Assembly (NCBI GenBank): GCA_963799485.1
Contig: CAWCXJ010000009.1
Location: forward strand, 64,001 to 128,000
Source: an uncultured Trueperaceae bacterium
GTDB lineage: Bacteria > Deinococcota > Deinococci > Deinococcales > Trueperaceae
Direction of reading: 5' to 3'
DNA: 64,000 nt
Every line of letters begins with the position of its first letter. Positions within the stretch are counted from its first letter, which is position 1. Position numbers and translations under genes: made by a program. Positions 20,908 through 30,839 of the stretch are shown here, piece by piece. Under the pieces are notes generated by a model. The model had not been told where the DNA came from. It ran no database searches and saw nothing but the letters and a program-made list of their open reading frames with translations.

Positions 20908-21588
20908 TTACAAGGGTTCAGCGGCTGTGGTCGAACCCTCGACCCAGCTTTGACCTTCGGGGGTGGCCTCGAGCTTCCATATCGGCAAAAGCTCTTTAAG
21001 CCGGTCGATGGCTACGTGCGCCGCTAACAGCGCCTCTTTACGGTGCTGTGAGGAAACCACGATAACAATCGACGCTTCCCCCGGCGTAAGCTTGCCGAGG
21101 CGGTGCCCGAAGACGATTCGGCCTAAACCGAACTGTGCGCGCAACTCGGCGGCGGCGCGCCGCATCTGCTCGAGGATCATCGCTTCATACCCTTGATAGT
21201 CGATATAAGCGACGTTTCGACCTTGATTGGGTGAACGCACCGTCCCGAGAAAGCTGCTTACTGCGCCGTATTCGGGAGCACTTGCCCGCAGGACGCACGC
21301 CCCGAGGTCGAGAACGTCTTCGGTAACGAAGAAATGGTCACTCGGCTCCGAGCCGCCGGCGACCGGGGGGAAAAAGGCCAGCACGTCGCCTTCTTGCAGC
21401 GTCTCGTCCGGCGTGGCGTAGACCTCGTTCCGGGCGGCGAGCGCACCTTTAAGCTTGAGGTCGGGGTAGGCGGCTTCCAAGGCAGTAGCGGCGTCTCTTA
21501 CGCTCGCGCCGTCCGAAAGCTCGAGTCTCAAAGCTTTCTGCCCGACCTGCTCGCGGTAGCTTGCAAAAAATAGAACCTCTAACGTCAT
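20908..21588 (-). CDS. Molybdopterin synthase MoaD-MoaE fusion
   Basis: MoaD part ends FFPPVAGG. MoaE part has FLGTVR, HRLG.L..GE and LK..LPIWK.E. Confidence 0.93.
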   Translation of the reverse strand: MTLEVLFFASYREQVGQKALRLELSDGASVRDAATALEAAYPDLKLKGALAARNEVYATPDETLQEGDVLAFFPPVAGGSEPSDHFFVTEDVLDLGACVLRASAPEYGAVSSFLGTVRSPNQGRNVAYIDYQGYEAMILEQMRRAAAELRAQFGLGRIVFGHRLGKLTPGEASIVIVVSSQHRKEALLAAHVAIDRLKELLPIWKLEATPEGQSWVEGSTTAAEPL

Positions 21589-21600
21589 CTTAAAAGCGTA

Positions 21601-22542
21601 TCAGTTCAGCTCGCTCGTCGTCAGGGTGAGCGTTTCAGTTACGCCGCGCGCGATCATCAGGGTTTCGGGGTAACGCATCCGCACCGGCCCGAGCAAAAGG
21701 AGTCCGGCGCGGCCCCCACCGAACTCGAGCTGCGCGGACACGAGCGCCAACGACTCCTCGACGATCAGCGCGAGCGCCTCGGCGGCGGTCGCCGGGGTTT
21801 CGACGCGCTCCAAAACTCGCCGGATAAAGGTCGGGTCGGCAGATTCGGGTTCGCTGAAGAGGTGTTTGAGGCCCCCCGAAAAGACCTTTGGGGCGCGGAG
21901 CTGAGGCCACGCGTCGGCGAGCGCCAGGTAGGTGCGCGCGACCTCACCGTCGGCGCGTCCGGCGATATCCGAAAGCGCCTGTGGTACCTCACGCACGGGC
22001 AGGGTCAGGCGGCGGAGGCTGCTCTCGGCCGCGAGCAAATCGCCGTCTGAGGGTGTCGGCGAAAGCTCCAAAGCGAGTTGACGAACCAGGCCGTTCTCGA
22101 GTACTACGACCGCCAGGGTGCGGCGGCTCGAGAGCGCCGAGAGGTGAATCTCCAGAATTTGCAGTTCGTCGTCGGTCGGCAATGACACCACGACCGCGTA
22201 GCCTGAGAGTTCGGCGGTGATACTCGCGACGCGTTCCAAAAGCCCTTCGCCGTGCGCACCGCGAAAACTTTGCAAGAGCAGCGTGCGCTGCGCGTCGGGG
22301 AGCGCCCTTGGGGGTAAAAACCGGCGCGCGTAACGGTGGTAGCCGCGCTCGCTCGGTACACGCCCCGCCGAGGTGTGCGGTTGCCGCAGGTACCCGGCCT
22401 CCTCGAGCGCCGAGAACTCGTTACGAACCGTGGCGCTGCTGACCCGCAACTGTTCGGCAATCATCGCCGACGAGACGGGTTTTGCCGAGGTGATGTGGCG
22501 CTCGGCAACCAGTCCCAAAATCTGCTCGGTTCGTGCGTTCAC
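21601..22542 (-). CDS. hrcA: Heat-inducible transcription repressor
   Basis: PVSS, VSSATVRNE..LE..GYL.QPHTSAGRVP and GPVRMRY motifs. Confidence 0.93.
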   Translation of the reverse strand: MNARTEQILGLVAERHITSAKPVSSAMIAEQLRVSSATVRNEFSALEEAGYLRQPHTSAGRVPSERGYHRYARRFLPPRALPDAQRTLLLQSFRGAHGEGLLERVASITAELSGYAVVVSLPTDDELQILEIHLSALSSRRTLAVVVLENGLVRQLALELSPTPSDGDLLAAESSLRRLTLPVREVPQALSDIAGRADGEVARTYLALADAWPQLRAPKVFSGGLKHLFSEPESADPTFIRRVLERVETPATAAEALALIVEESLALVSAQLEFGGGRAGLLLLGPVRMRYPETLMIARGVTETLTLTTSELN

Positions 22543-22610
22543 CTTTAACAGTTTAGCATCTAGGGTTTCAGGTAGCCGTTTATGTGAAGAACGTAAAGTT
22601 TTTCGGCTGC

Positions 22611-23798
22611 TTAGATGGCCCCCAAAAAGTCCAGCACGCCTAATGTCAAGGTCTCGACCGCCACACCCAAACTCCGCTCGTCGAGGTCGAAACGCGGGTG
22701 ATGGTGCGGTTTGTCCGCACCCAACGCCTCGTTACGCCCACCGACGAAAAAGTAACACCCCGGAGCCTGCAAGAGCCAGCACGCCATATCGTCGCCGCCC
22801 ATCGTTTGGGTGCTCGCCAGCACGTTTTCTGCGCCGACGACCCCGGCAGCAACACGCCTGACCCGTTCGGTCATCGCGGCGTCGTTGATGACCGCCGGCG
22901 AGGTATCGACCCAAGTGAAGGTAGCCGCTGCGCGGGCGACTTCGGCTTCGCTGCGGCAGAGGGCCTCAATCCGGTCCTTCAGGTAAACCCGCGTTTCGGG
23001 TGAAAACGTGCGCAGTGTTCCCTTGAGTTCCGCCGCTTCAGGGATGATGTTGTACGCGGTGCCGCTGTGAAAACTCGTGATGCTTACCACCGCGCTGTCC
23101 TGCGGGTCGGTTTCACGGGCAACCAGCGTTTGCAGCGTCCCGACAAGCCGCGCGGCGATGACGATGGGGTCGATACAGTGGTGGGGTTTTGCGGCGTGTC
23201 CACCTGAACCCTGCACGGCGACCCTAAACGAATCGGTCGCCGCCATCGACGGCCCCGCGCGCAGCGCTACCGTCCCGACCGGATAGTCCGACGAGAGGTG
23301 CAGGCCGATGGTGGCGTCTGGTGTGATACCAGAAAGCGCGCCGTTTTTAAGCATAACTTCTGCGCCGCCGACGGTTTCTTCAGCGGGCTGAAAGATAAAC
23401 ACGACGCGGCCTGAGAGCTCACCCCGGCGTTCACTCAGGATTTTGGCGACGGATAAAAGCACCGCTGCGTGCCCGTCGTGACCACACGCGTGCATCTTGC
23501 CTGCAACTTGTGAGCGGTACGGCACGTCTTTTTCGTCTTGGATGGGCAAGGCGTCGATGTCGGCCCGGGCCAGCACCGTGCGGCCCGGTTTCGCACCTTC
23601 TAAAACCGCCACGACGCCCGTGTGAGCGACGCCGCGCCGAACATTTAAGCCGAGCGCCGCCAGCCGCGCAGCGATAATGCCCGCCGTTCGCACCTCTTCG
23701 AAGGCAACTTCAGGGTGCATGTGAAAATCGCGGCGCTGCGCGACGGTTTCGTTAAAAACAGCTTGGGCGGCTTCGTGAATGGTCGCTACTACGCTCAT
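22611..23798 (-). CDS. M20 family amidohydrolase
   Basis: H.HPE, RADIDALP, MHACGHDGH, FQPAEE, GGHA and HHHPRF motifs. Confidence 0.93.
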   Translation of the reverse strand: MSVVATIHEAAQAVFNETVAQRRDFHMHPEVAFEEVRTAGIIAARLAALGLNVRRGVAHTGVVAVLEGAKPGRTVLARADIDALPIQDEKDVPYRSQVAGKMHACGHDGHAAVLLSVAKILSERRGELSGRVVFIFQPAEETVGGAEVMLKNGALSGITPDATIGLHLSSDYPVGTVALRAGPSMAATDSFRVAVQGSGGHAAKPHHCIDPIVIAARLVGTLQTLVARETDPQDSAVVSITSFHSGTAYNIIPEAAELKGTLRTFSPETRVYLKDRIEALCRSEAEVARAAATFTWVDTSPAVINDAAMTERVRRVAAGVVGAENVLASTQTMGGDDMACWLLQAPGCYFFVGGRNEALGADKPHHHPRFDLDERSLGVAVETLTLGVLDFLGAI

Positions 23799-24262
23799 AT
23801 TTCCTCCAAGTGTCCCAAACGTACGATAACTTGGAATTCTTTTTCGGTCAGCGGCATGACGCTCAGGCGGTTGCCTTTTCGTAAAAGCCTCGAGCCTTGC
23901 AGGTCGGGGGCGGCTTTTAGCTCGCTCAGCGGGACGAACCGGGGCAACGCCGCGATTCCCCGAACCGTTACCGCGTCCCAGCGCGGCGCGTCCGGGGCGG
24001 CTTTGGGGTCAAAATAGGGACTTTGCTCGTCGAACTGCGTGGGGTCGGGGTGGGCTTCACGCGCGACCACGGCAACTCCGGCGACGCCTAACGGTTGGGT
24101 GCTCGAGTGATACACCAACACCGGGTCGCCTGAGCGCATCGCCCGCAAAAAATTACGCGCCTGATAGTTGCGCACGCCGTCCCAGAGCGTCTTCTGCACG
24201 GGCGCGGCGAGCAGGTCGGCAAAGCTGAAGACGTCCGGTTCGGTTTTGAGCAGCCACGGCAC
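23795..24262 (-). CDS. EVE domain protein
   Basis: WLLKTEP, WDGVRNYQARNFLR.M..GD, YHSS, DPTQFD and RLSV.P motifs. Confidence 0.93.
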   Translation of the reverse strand: MPWLLKTEPDVFSFADLLAAPVQKTLWDGVRNYQARNFLRAMRSGDPVLVYHSSTQPLGVAGVAVVAREAHPDPTQFDEQSPYFDPKAAPDAPRWDAVTVRGIAALPRFVPLSELKAAPDLQGSRLLRKGNRLSVMPLTEKEFQVIVRLGHLEEI

Positions 24263-24270
24263 CGTTTGCG

Positions 24271-24933
24271 TTAATCGCCGGATGCGGCGGGTACGGCGGC
24301 GACAGGTTTATGCTCATAGTGAAACAGCCACAAAAAAAACTGCATCACCGGGCCGATAAGGACGGCAAACAGCACCGTTCCGACCCCGACCGAACCACCC
24401 AAAAGAAATCCTAGAACGAGTACCGTAAACTCGAGCACCCCCCGCGTCAGCCGGATGCTCGAGCCGAACTTTTGGGCGCTGCCGAGCACCAGGTCGTCGC
24501 GCGGCCCCGCCCCGAACTGCGCGGTGATATAGAGACCGATTGCCAGACCCGTCAGGACGACCCCTGCTACAAAGGTAATAACGCCCAGAATCCAGTCTCC
24601 TGCCGGAATACTCGGCAACCACCGCTGCGCCTCGAAAAAGTCGATCCAGGGACCGACCAGGAGCATATTGAGCGCGGTGCCGAAACCCGGACGCTGGTGC
24701 AGCACGAAAAAGCTAAAAACGATGATAAGTAAGCCGACAAGTTGGGTGACGCGCCCGAAAGGTAAACCGGTGCGCACACTCAGCCCTTCGTGAAGGGCCG
24801 ACCAGGGGTCGAGGCCGATGTGGGCGCGGAGCATCAGCGAAATGGACAAACCGAAAACCATCAGGCCGAGGTTGAGCTGAACGAGTCTGCGCCAGAACGA
24901 GGCGGTGGCAAGTGGAGTAGCAAGACGGGACAC
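24271..24933 (-). CDS. YczE/YyaS/YitT family membrane protein
   Basis: GLDPW, GAGPRD and GVGTV..A..IGP motifs. Start at GTG 24933, 7 nt after TAGACT; the longer ORF-track start runs into the IS1 end. Confidence 0.85.
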   Translation of the reverse strand: MSRLATPLATASFWRRLVQLNLGLMVFGLSISLMLRAHIGLDPWSALHEGLSVRTGLPFGRVTQLVGLLIIVFSFFVLHQRPGFGTALNMLLVGPWIDFFEAQRWLPSIPAGDWILGVITFVAGVVLTGLAIGLYITAQFGAGPRDDLVLGSAQKFGSSIRLTRGVLEFTVLVLGFLLGGSVGVGTVLFAVLIGPVMQFFLWLFHYEHKPVAAVPAASGD

Positions 24934-25051
24934 GCCGGTCAGTCTAAGGCGGCGTTCGGGTTTTGCGGGTTGCAACGGTAACGTCCCTGGCGTTTTGCGA
25001 GCGTTAAGTATCTCCGTACTAAGAATGAAGGATGGCTTTAGCGCCGAGGAG

Positions 25052-25944
25052 GGTAATGGCTCAAGCACGAATGATGAGTCTACGCTCAAGATTGTAGCAG
25101 TGCAGAAAAAGGTGAAGACAGATGAGGTGCACTAGAACGGGCAACCTTCGGCCAGCCCTCATGGGCCTAGCTCTCTCATCGGACTTGGAGAAGGACAAAG
25201 TTTTACGGACGAAACGGGCCAAGCGTTGCCGGATGGTGTTGTTGCAGCGCTCAACGTGAGCCGTAAGTCCTGAGTCTTTGCCAACTGCTTGATGGTGTTC
25301 GGTGCAGTCTCGCTTTGCTCGGAATAGGAATGACGGTTTGATAGGCTTCCCAGAAGTCGGTGAAGCAGATACCCTGCTTGAACGCATCAGGGATAGATTT
25401 CCAGAGCTGACGACAAGTGGCGACACCTCTGCCACCAACCACGCAAGCTACAACCTGCCGCGTATGCTTGCATAGTGCTAAGCACAGGTTAAGCGCATAG
25501 CGCATTGCATCTGCGATGCTCACCTGTATCCAGCGTTTACGGTTTCTCTGACGTACAAACGACCAAAGTACCCCAAACGAAGTGGCAGGGTACATTTCAT
25601 CGAGTTCTAAATGGATAGTTTCTGAACTGCTGGGCTTAATGAGTGTGCTTGTCAGTGAAGGAAGCGTCTTGGCTTTTTTTAAGCCATTTAGTCAAGGTGT
25701 TTCGAGAGACGCCGAAAGTTCGCGCTATCCCGCGCATACTTGAACGCTCTTGATAAGCCCTGATGATTTCTTTACGCGCTTCGCTGTAGCCGAAGTTCGG
25801 ATTCTCTCTGCTCGCCTTTCCACACCCACGACACTGGTATTTCTGTTTTCCATTGGGCGCTCTTGACAAGCTGTTCGCTACCACAGTAGTAGCACGCGAC
25901 GTTGACCATACCCCTAGCTTATCAGTTCGATTTGAACCATTACC
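25052..25944 (-). mobile_element. IS1-family element, copy A (degenerate)
   Basis: Terminal IRs GGTAATGGCTCAA (25052) and TTGAACCATTACC (ends 25944). InsA motifs NGKQKYQC..C and IARTFGVSRNT..KWL, A7 slippery run at 25674-25680, InsB motifs LELDE..LWSFV, TDFWEAY and [23 protein letters not shown]. Frameshifts and small inserts present. Confidence 0.9.
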
Positions 25945-26438
25945 GAGGAAATGACGATTGCTAGGTATGAGAAACCTGAAGTGGTGCGGGAAGTCATTGT
26001 CAGAAAGCGTTGAGCCGTTAAAGAACAGGCTCGAGTGCAGCGGCGCGGATTCGGGAACGGTTGGGGCTAAAGCGAAAACAGCGGCGACCTCATTAGCTCG
26101 GCGTGGTGATAGGAGACCCAAGTTGGCAGGACGGAATGCGCCGCTCGCGCTGTGGTGGTACGGCTAAAACGCGTGTTCAGAACGTTGCTGTCGCTGCGGG
26201 CATCAACGTCCAAAGGCTCGCTGCCCGGGTCGAGGGTAAGCAAGAGCAAAAACGCGGATACCACGCTTCAAACTTCAAGCTTGAATTGGCAACGGTAGCG
26301 GCTATCATACAGAGCGCGTAGCCGCGAACTCCGCCGAGGCGAAAAAATCGGCGACGAGTCGGGCCAAGAACAAAGCTGTAGCCTCATAAAGCGAGCATAT
26401 GCTGGAAGCGTCTACGGGAGAAAGGTCGTATCTTCAGC

Positions 26439-27041
26439 ATGAGAATCGAAAGGTGTTTTCCAGGTCTGGCAGTGTTGACCGCCGCTGTACTCTTTATGCA
26501 GCCGGCGAAAGCGCACAGTTTCGGGGTGGCGCTGGTGACCCAAGCCGCGGTGGTGTCAGAAGCTCCCGACCAAGAGATTCGGCGCGGCTTCATGCTCGCT
26601 ACACGAGAGCGGGACGGCCACGCCAATGAGACTTCCGACGGGCACCTCGGCGGGCTCGACGTTTACGTTTACCCGGTCGCCCTCAAAAACGACGCGGTCG
26701 CCGAGGTCGAAGCGCTTTTAGCGCGGGAAGCAGTCGCTGTCGTCGTGGCGGTCGGAGCGGATAGCTGGCTGTCGACGTTACGGTCCGTCGTCGCCAATCG
26801 GCAGGCAGTTTTGCTCGAGCTGAACCCCGACACCTTTTTCGCGCAGCTGCGCGGTGACGACCAAGCGCCCGTAAAGCGCCTGGTAGACACCTTTTACCAA
26901 ACGTACGGCGGTTCCTCGAGCTACGCAGCGCTCGGCTACAGCGCGGCGAGGCAGCTCGACGCCGCCGTCCGCACGCTGGGGGGTGTCTCGGATAAACCGG
27001 CGCTGCAGCGAGCGCTGGCAGCGGGCAAAAATTTTGACTAG
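26439..27041 (+). CDS. Exported protein resembling a shortened type-1 periplasmic (Liv-like) binding protein
   Basis: Signal peptide ending AKA, GF.LA, DGHLGGLDV and a C-terminal F...YG...AALGY.AA..L..AV..GG pattern. Confidence 0.55.
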   Translation: MRIERCFPGLAVLTAAVLFMQPAKAHSFGVALVTQAAVVSEAPDQEIRRGFMLATRERDGHANETSDGHLGGLDVYVYPVALKNDAVAEVEALLAREAVAVVVAVGADSWLSTLRSVVANRQAVLLELNPDTFFAQLRGDDQAPVKRLVDTFYQTYGGSSSYAALGYSAARQLDAAVRTLGGVSDKPALQRALAAGKNFD

Positions 27042-27091
27042 GTCACTTTTGACTAGGTCACGGCGCTACCGCCGTAAGAGTCGCTCCGCTT

Positions 27092-27697
27092 TCAACCTGC
27101 CTCGCGGTCGACGCTGAAGTGGCACGCCCGCTTGCCGTCGCGTTGACAAAACAGGCGTTCGGCCGGCAACCCGGTGGTGAGGGTGATGATGCGCGGCGTC
27201 ACGTCGCAAACCGCCTCGAACTTGCAGCCCACAGCGTGATAAAAGCAGTTGAATGCGCGCAGTTCCCAGCCTCCTTCGATTTCCTCCAACGTGCTCAACA
27301 TCCCCCCGTAGTCGAGGTGTTCTACGAGCGCCTTGAAGCGCGCTTCGCCTTTCAAACCCCTCAAGGTCGGGCTCAGTTGTCTTTGAAGCTGCTGCGCGAC
27401 GCCCTCGAGCAGCGGCTCGAGGAGGTCTTCGGCCTCGGCTTGACCGAGCACTAGCTCGAGCAGTTCGTCGTAATGCTTGGGAAACATGCCTTCGGCCTTG
27501 TGCGTCAAGCTGTAGCGTTTCGCGGGCCGCCCGACGCCGTCGCGCGCGACCGCCGTTTCGACAAGGCCGTCGCGCTCGAAAGAGCCCAGGTGGTGACGCA
27601 CGGTGTTCTCGCTCACCGCCAGCGCCTCGCTGAACTCCCGCACCGAGCTGGGAGCGTGACGCTTCAAATGCCGCAGTAACTGTTGCCGGGTGTCCAC
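27092..27697 (-). CDS. HTH transcriptional regulator with Cys-containing C-terminal domain (SufR/ArsR-like)
   Basis: wHTH segment VSENTVRHHL..GRPAKRYSLT, FPKHY, and C-terminal NCFY..VC..C..C. GAGGT RBS before GTG 27697. Confidence 0.8.
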   Translation of the reverse strand: MDTRQQLLRHLKRHAPSSVREFSEALAVSENTVRHHLGSFERDGLVETAVARDGVGRPAKRYSLTHKAEGMFPKHYDELLELVLGQAEAEDLLEPLLEGVAQQLQRQLSPTLRGLKGEARFKALVEHLDYGGMLSTLEEIEGGWELRAFNCFYHAVGCKFEAVCDVTPRIITLTTGLPAERLFCQRDGKRACHFSVDREAG

Positions 27698-27889
27698 ACA
27701 GACCTCATTTCCACCATTTCTACCATTGATTTTATCACGAAGGGTCGGTAGTTTGAGACGAAAGCCTTGCTGCGAACAAGAAGCGGTGTCGGCGGAGGGG
27801 GTGAAAGCCGTGACGTAAGTGAGCGGCAGCGCGAGCATATAAGCCAGACGCCGACAACCACCCACAGCATCTAACGAAAGGAAATCATT

Positions 27890-28384
27890 GTGTCCAAACC
27901 ACTCAAACCACTCGCTACCGGGGTTCTTTTAGCAGCCAGCCTTTTTGTAAGCGCAGGTTTCGCCCAGATGGGTGCCGACGGAACCCGGACCCATGTCGAC
28001 GCCCAAATCCACTTTGCCGATACGCCCGACCAGCTCGCCCACCACTACTGTATGGGCGTGGCGAACGGTGTCAACGAGTGCCTTATTTATCTGAGCGATG
28101 ATACCGACGCGCCGCTCGTGGCGGTCGAGGACGTCATCGACGCCGCCACCTTCGAGAGCCTCAGCGCCGACGAGCAAAGCTTCTGGCACTCCAACGACGA
28201 AGAGGCCGCCAACGGCTCCGAGCCGGTTTTGCCCGACGCCGGCGAAGAACAAGTGCAGGCCTTCAAGCAGAGCATGGGCGGCACCTACGGCAAACTCGTG
28301 CGTCTGTGGAATCTTCAAGACGGGCTTCCGCTAGGCCAACCCGAGGTCATCTATCCGGCAGGCACCGGCCAGCAAGCGCAGTAA
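27890..28384 (+). CDS. Exported DUF1264 (OBAP-like) protein
   Basis: Signal peptide, AHHYC..ECLIY...A.LV.VE..I..F..L..E...WH pattern and TYGK. Confidence 0.7.
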   Translation: MSKPLKPLATGVLLAASLFVSAGFAQMGADGTRTHVDAQIHFADTPDQLAHHYCMGVANGVNECLIYLSDDTDAPLVAVEDVIDAATFESLSADEQSFWHSNDEEAANGSEPVLPDAGEEQVQAFKQSMGGTYGKLVRLWNLQDGLPLGQPEVIYPAGTGQQAQ

Positions 28385-28408
28385 CGCATTTTTAAGCGAC
28401 TACGGAAG

Positions 28409-28443
28409 CTGCTCCCCTACCTAGCGGGAGCAGTCACCTTTTC
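28409..28443 (+). terminator. Probable intrinsic terminator after the DUF1264 gene
   Basis: ctgctccc...gggagcag stem followed by a short T-run. Confidence 0.45.
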
Positions 28444-28476
28444 ACACCGTGAATTTACACCGTGAAGGAGACCCCT

Positions 28477-28989
28477 ATGCACAAGCGTTTTACAACCCTA
28501 CTCTTTCTCAGCGCCGTTTTGGCGCTAGGTTCGGCCTTCGCTCAGAGCGAGCCGCAACCTCTGAGCGTCAAAGCCGTCATGTCACCGCAAGACCAGATTC
28601 GCTACGACTTTCCCACCGACGCCCCGCGCTTCGTGTTGCTCGTGCAGCGTACGGGCACGCTCTCGGGCACTGATCTCTTCGACGGCGCAGCGGCCACCGA
28701 ATACGGTATGCACGACATCGCGCCCGGGGACGAAGGGATAGCGCGCGGCTACGTGATTGTCGAGATAGAGGGCGGTCAAGCCTTTATCCAGTACGAACTG
28801 CAAGCGACTTTCGTGCCGGGAGCGGATGGGCCGGTCAACCTCGACAACGGCTTCTGGCGCTTTACCGGCGGCACGGGCTCGCTCGCAGGTATAGAGGGCG
28901 CGGGCACCATGCACATCGAACCGACTTCGGAAACCGACCGCGAGTTCTCGTTCGAAGGCGAGTACGTTCTGCCCAACAGTGGCGGCTGA
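28477..28989 (+). CDS. Exported beta-barrel-type hypothetical protein
   Basis: AAGGAG RBS, signal peptide ending AFA, and a G.WRFTGGTG.LAGI.GAG motif seen in AOC/DUF3224-like barrels. Confidence 0.6.
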   Translation: MHKRFTTLLFLSAVLALGSAFAQSEPQPLSVKAVMSPQDQIRYDFPTDAPRFVLLVQRTGTLSGTDLFDGAAATEYGMHDIAPGDEGIARGYVIVEIEGGQAFIQYELQATFVPGADGPVNLDNGFWRFTGGTGSLAGIEGAGTMHIEPTSETDREFSFEGEYVLPNSGG

Positions 28990-29289
28990 CGGAACATTTT
29001 TACAGTTCTTCATATAGTGAGGTTTGGACAGCCCTGCTGCAACCTTTGTGCCAACATTCTGGCGCTCGGCTCGAGCCTGACGGTTCATACGGTAGCTAGC
29101 GCCCCGAGGGAAACGGGATGAGGTTTGGTGGCTCCTGGACGCTGCTACGAATCGCTGCTTGGCATTGTCGTCATCCGGCTAGGGAAGTCGTCGCTTCGGC
29201 GCTGGCGCTTATTACGGTGCCGCTTCGGGCGTTCGCTCGCGGCGCGCCCTTCAACCCTCGTCCTCTCTCGCAAGCTTGAAAGGAAAAAG

Positions 29290-30102
29290 ATGCCACGAAA
29301 CCTTGTGACTCTGTTTATCGCTCTCGCTTCATTCGTCCTTGGTTCATTCGGCCTGGCGCAACCCCTCACCGCGCAACCCATCGCTCCCTTGCTGGCGACA
29401 CCCCTCGAGATGTCAGACATTACCCCGCAGTCCGCGACGCTTGAGCTCACCACCAGCGCGGCGCTCGCCTGCGTGGTGGTCTACGGCACCGACGAAGGCT
29501 TCGGTCAGCTCGCGCTCGACCAGTCTATGGGCGCGAGCGCCCACCAGGACCACCTGGTGAATTTGCGCGGCCTGTCACCCGACACCGAGTACTTTTACCG
29601 CGTGCAGGGCAGCGACCCGCAGGGCACCTTTTACGCCAGCGACACCCTGAGTTTCCGCACACCGCCCGCCGACGAGACGGCGAGTTTGGGCGTCAACGTG
29701 GCGACGCTGGCAAAGGGCGCGTCCGTCGCCGGGGTGAGCAGCGAATTCAGCAGCAGCTTCGCCGCCCGAAACGCCATCGACGGCGACCCGGCGACCGAGT
29801 GGTCCTCGCAGGGCGACGGGAACGAGGCGTCTATCACCGTCGCCTTGGCTGAACCTACCGAAGTGACAGGTTTCGGCCTGTGGACGCGCACGATGGGCAC
29901 GTCCGCCCAGATCGGCCGTTTCGAGGTCGAGAACGAGGCGGGCGAAACCTTCGGGCCCTTCGAGATTCCCGACGCGGGCGGTCTCTACACGTTTCCTGCC
30001 GAGGCGCAGGGACAGACCTTCACCTTTCGGGTGGTGGACAGTAGCGGGGGCAATACGGGCGTGGTGGCGGTGGAGGTTTACGCCGCCGAAGCGGCGCGGT
30101 AA
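29290..30102 (+). CDS. Exported fibronectin-III plus discoidin (F5/8C-like) domain protein
   Basis: Signal peptide, FN3 motif H.V.L.GL.PDTEYFYRV, and NAIDGD..TEWSS. Confidence 0.75.
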   Translation: MPRNLVTLFIALASFVLGSFGLAQPLTAQPIAPLLATPLEMSDITPQSATLELTTSAALACVVVYGTDEGFGQLALDQSMGASAHQDHLVNLRGLSPDTEYFYRVQGSDPQGTFYASDTLSFRTPPADETASLGVNVATLAKGASVAGVSSEFSSSFAARNAIDGDPATEWSSQGDGNEASITVALAEPTEVTGFGLWTRTMGTSAQIGRFEVENEAGETFGPFEIPDAGGLYTFPAEAQGQTFTFRVVDSSGGNTGVVAVEVYAAEAAR

Positions 30103-30126
30103 GGCGGCGCGGCGGCTGCCTGGATA

Positions 30127-30170
30127 CCGGCTCACCCCGAAGCTCTTCCGGGCAGTTTGGGGTGAGCCGG
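30127..30170. terminator. Long hairpin between convergent genes (bidirectional terminator-like)
   Basis: ccggctcacccc ... ggggtgagccgg 12-bp perfect stem. Confidence 0.55.
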
Positions 30171-30185
30171 CAGCGGTCTCTGCGC

Positions 30186-30737
30186 CTACTCGCTGCTGGC
30201 GACCGTCACGTCACCGACCATCGGCGGATGCACCACGCAGATGTAGGTCGCGACGCGGTCGGCGAGCGCCTGGGTGAGGGTAAACGCGACCGTCGTGCCG
30301 TCGTCCACGAAGTTGATGTCGGCGTCTTGTGCCAGCGCCCCCTCGGTCGAGCCCTGCGCCAGCAGGTAGTTGTCGGCGGCGTCGCGCAGGGCGAAGGGGT
30401 GAACCTGCGCTTGCGGGTTGCTGAACGTGTAGCGCCTGCCGACCTCGAGCTGCAGGGTGGGGTTTTGCGCGTCGAGTTCGGTCAGGTTCTGTGCGCCGCT
30501 GACTTCGGTCACGAGCCAGGCGCTGGCACCGACATAATCCAAACTCACGCTCACCGCCTCGGCAACGTCGCCGGCTTGCGCGGCAGCGGGCGCTGCACTC
30601 GCCTGGGGATTCTCTTGCGACGGGGTCGCCGTTGCTGCCTGGGGCGAGTTGACTTGCTGGTTGCCGCCGTTGTTGGGCGCGCAAGCGGCCAGCAGTCCCA
30701 AAACGAGTACGGCGGTGAGGTGCGTGAACTTAGGCAT
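30186..30737 (-). CDS. Cupredoxin-like (type-1 copper) lipoprotein
   Basis: Lipobox LAAC, HPF and C-terminal YICVVHPPM.G (His/Cys/His/Met ligand set). Confidence 0.75.
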   Translation of the reverse strand: MPKFTHLTAVLVLGLLAACAPNNGGNQQVNSPQAATATPSQENPQASAAPAAAQAGDVAEAVSVSLDYVGASAWLVTEVSGAQNLTELDAQNPTLQLEVGRRYTFSNPQAQVHPFALRDAADNYLLAQGSTEGALAQDADINFVDDGTTVAFTLTQALADRVATYICVVHPPMVGDVTVASSE

Positions 30738-30839
30738 ATCGGTCACTCTCTTTCTCTGCGAGGTTGCAGGGGTAGTATCGGTTCGACCTTAGCAGGGTCA
30801 TGTGAATGTTCCATTAGGTGGCAGCGCATAGCGGCGCAC

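Noticed and set aside
20908..21588. MoaD-MoaE fusion as a novelty
   Set aside because: This is a known architecture (MoaX type, cleaved after the GG motif) in mycobacteria and Deinococcus-Thermus.
21601..22610. CIRCE operator near hrcA
   Set aside because: No TTAGCACTC-N9-GAGTGCTAA-like sequence was seen.
23795..24262. EVE protein as part of a defence system
   Set aside because: It is a stand-alone EVE domain in a housekeeping context with no nuclease or toxin partner.
25046..25950. Target-site duplication of IS1 copy A (gaggag/gaggaa)
   Set aside because: The match is only 5 of 6 and shorter than the usual 8-9 bp for IS1, so it may be chance.
29090..29285. Possible riboswitch upstream of the FN3-discoidin gene (several cttcgg hairpins)
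   Set aside because: It matches no aptamer consensus I know and has no terminator, so it cannot be supported without folding and covariation analysis.
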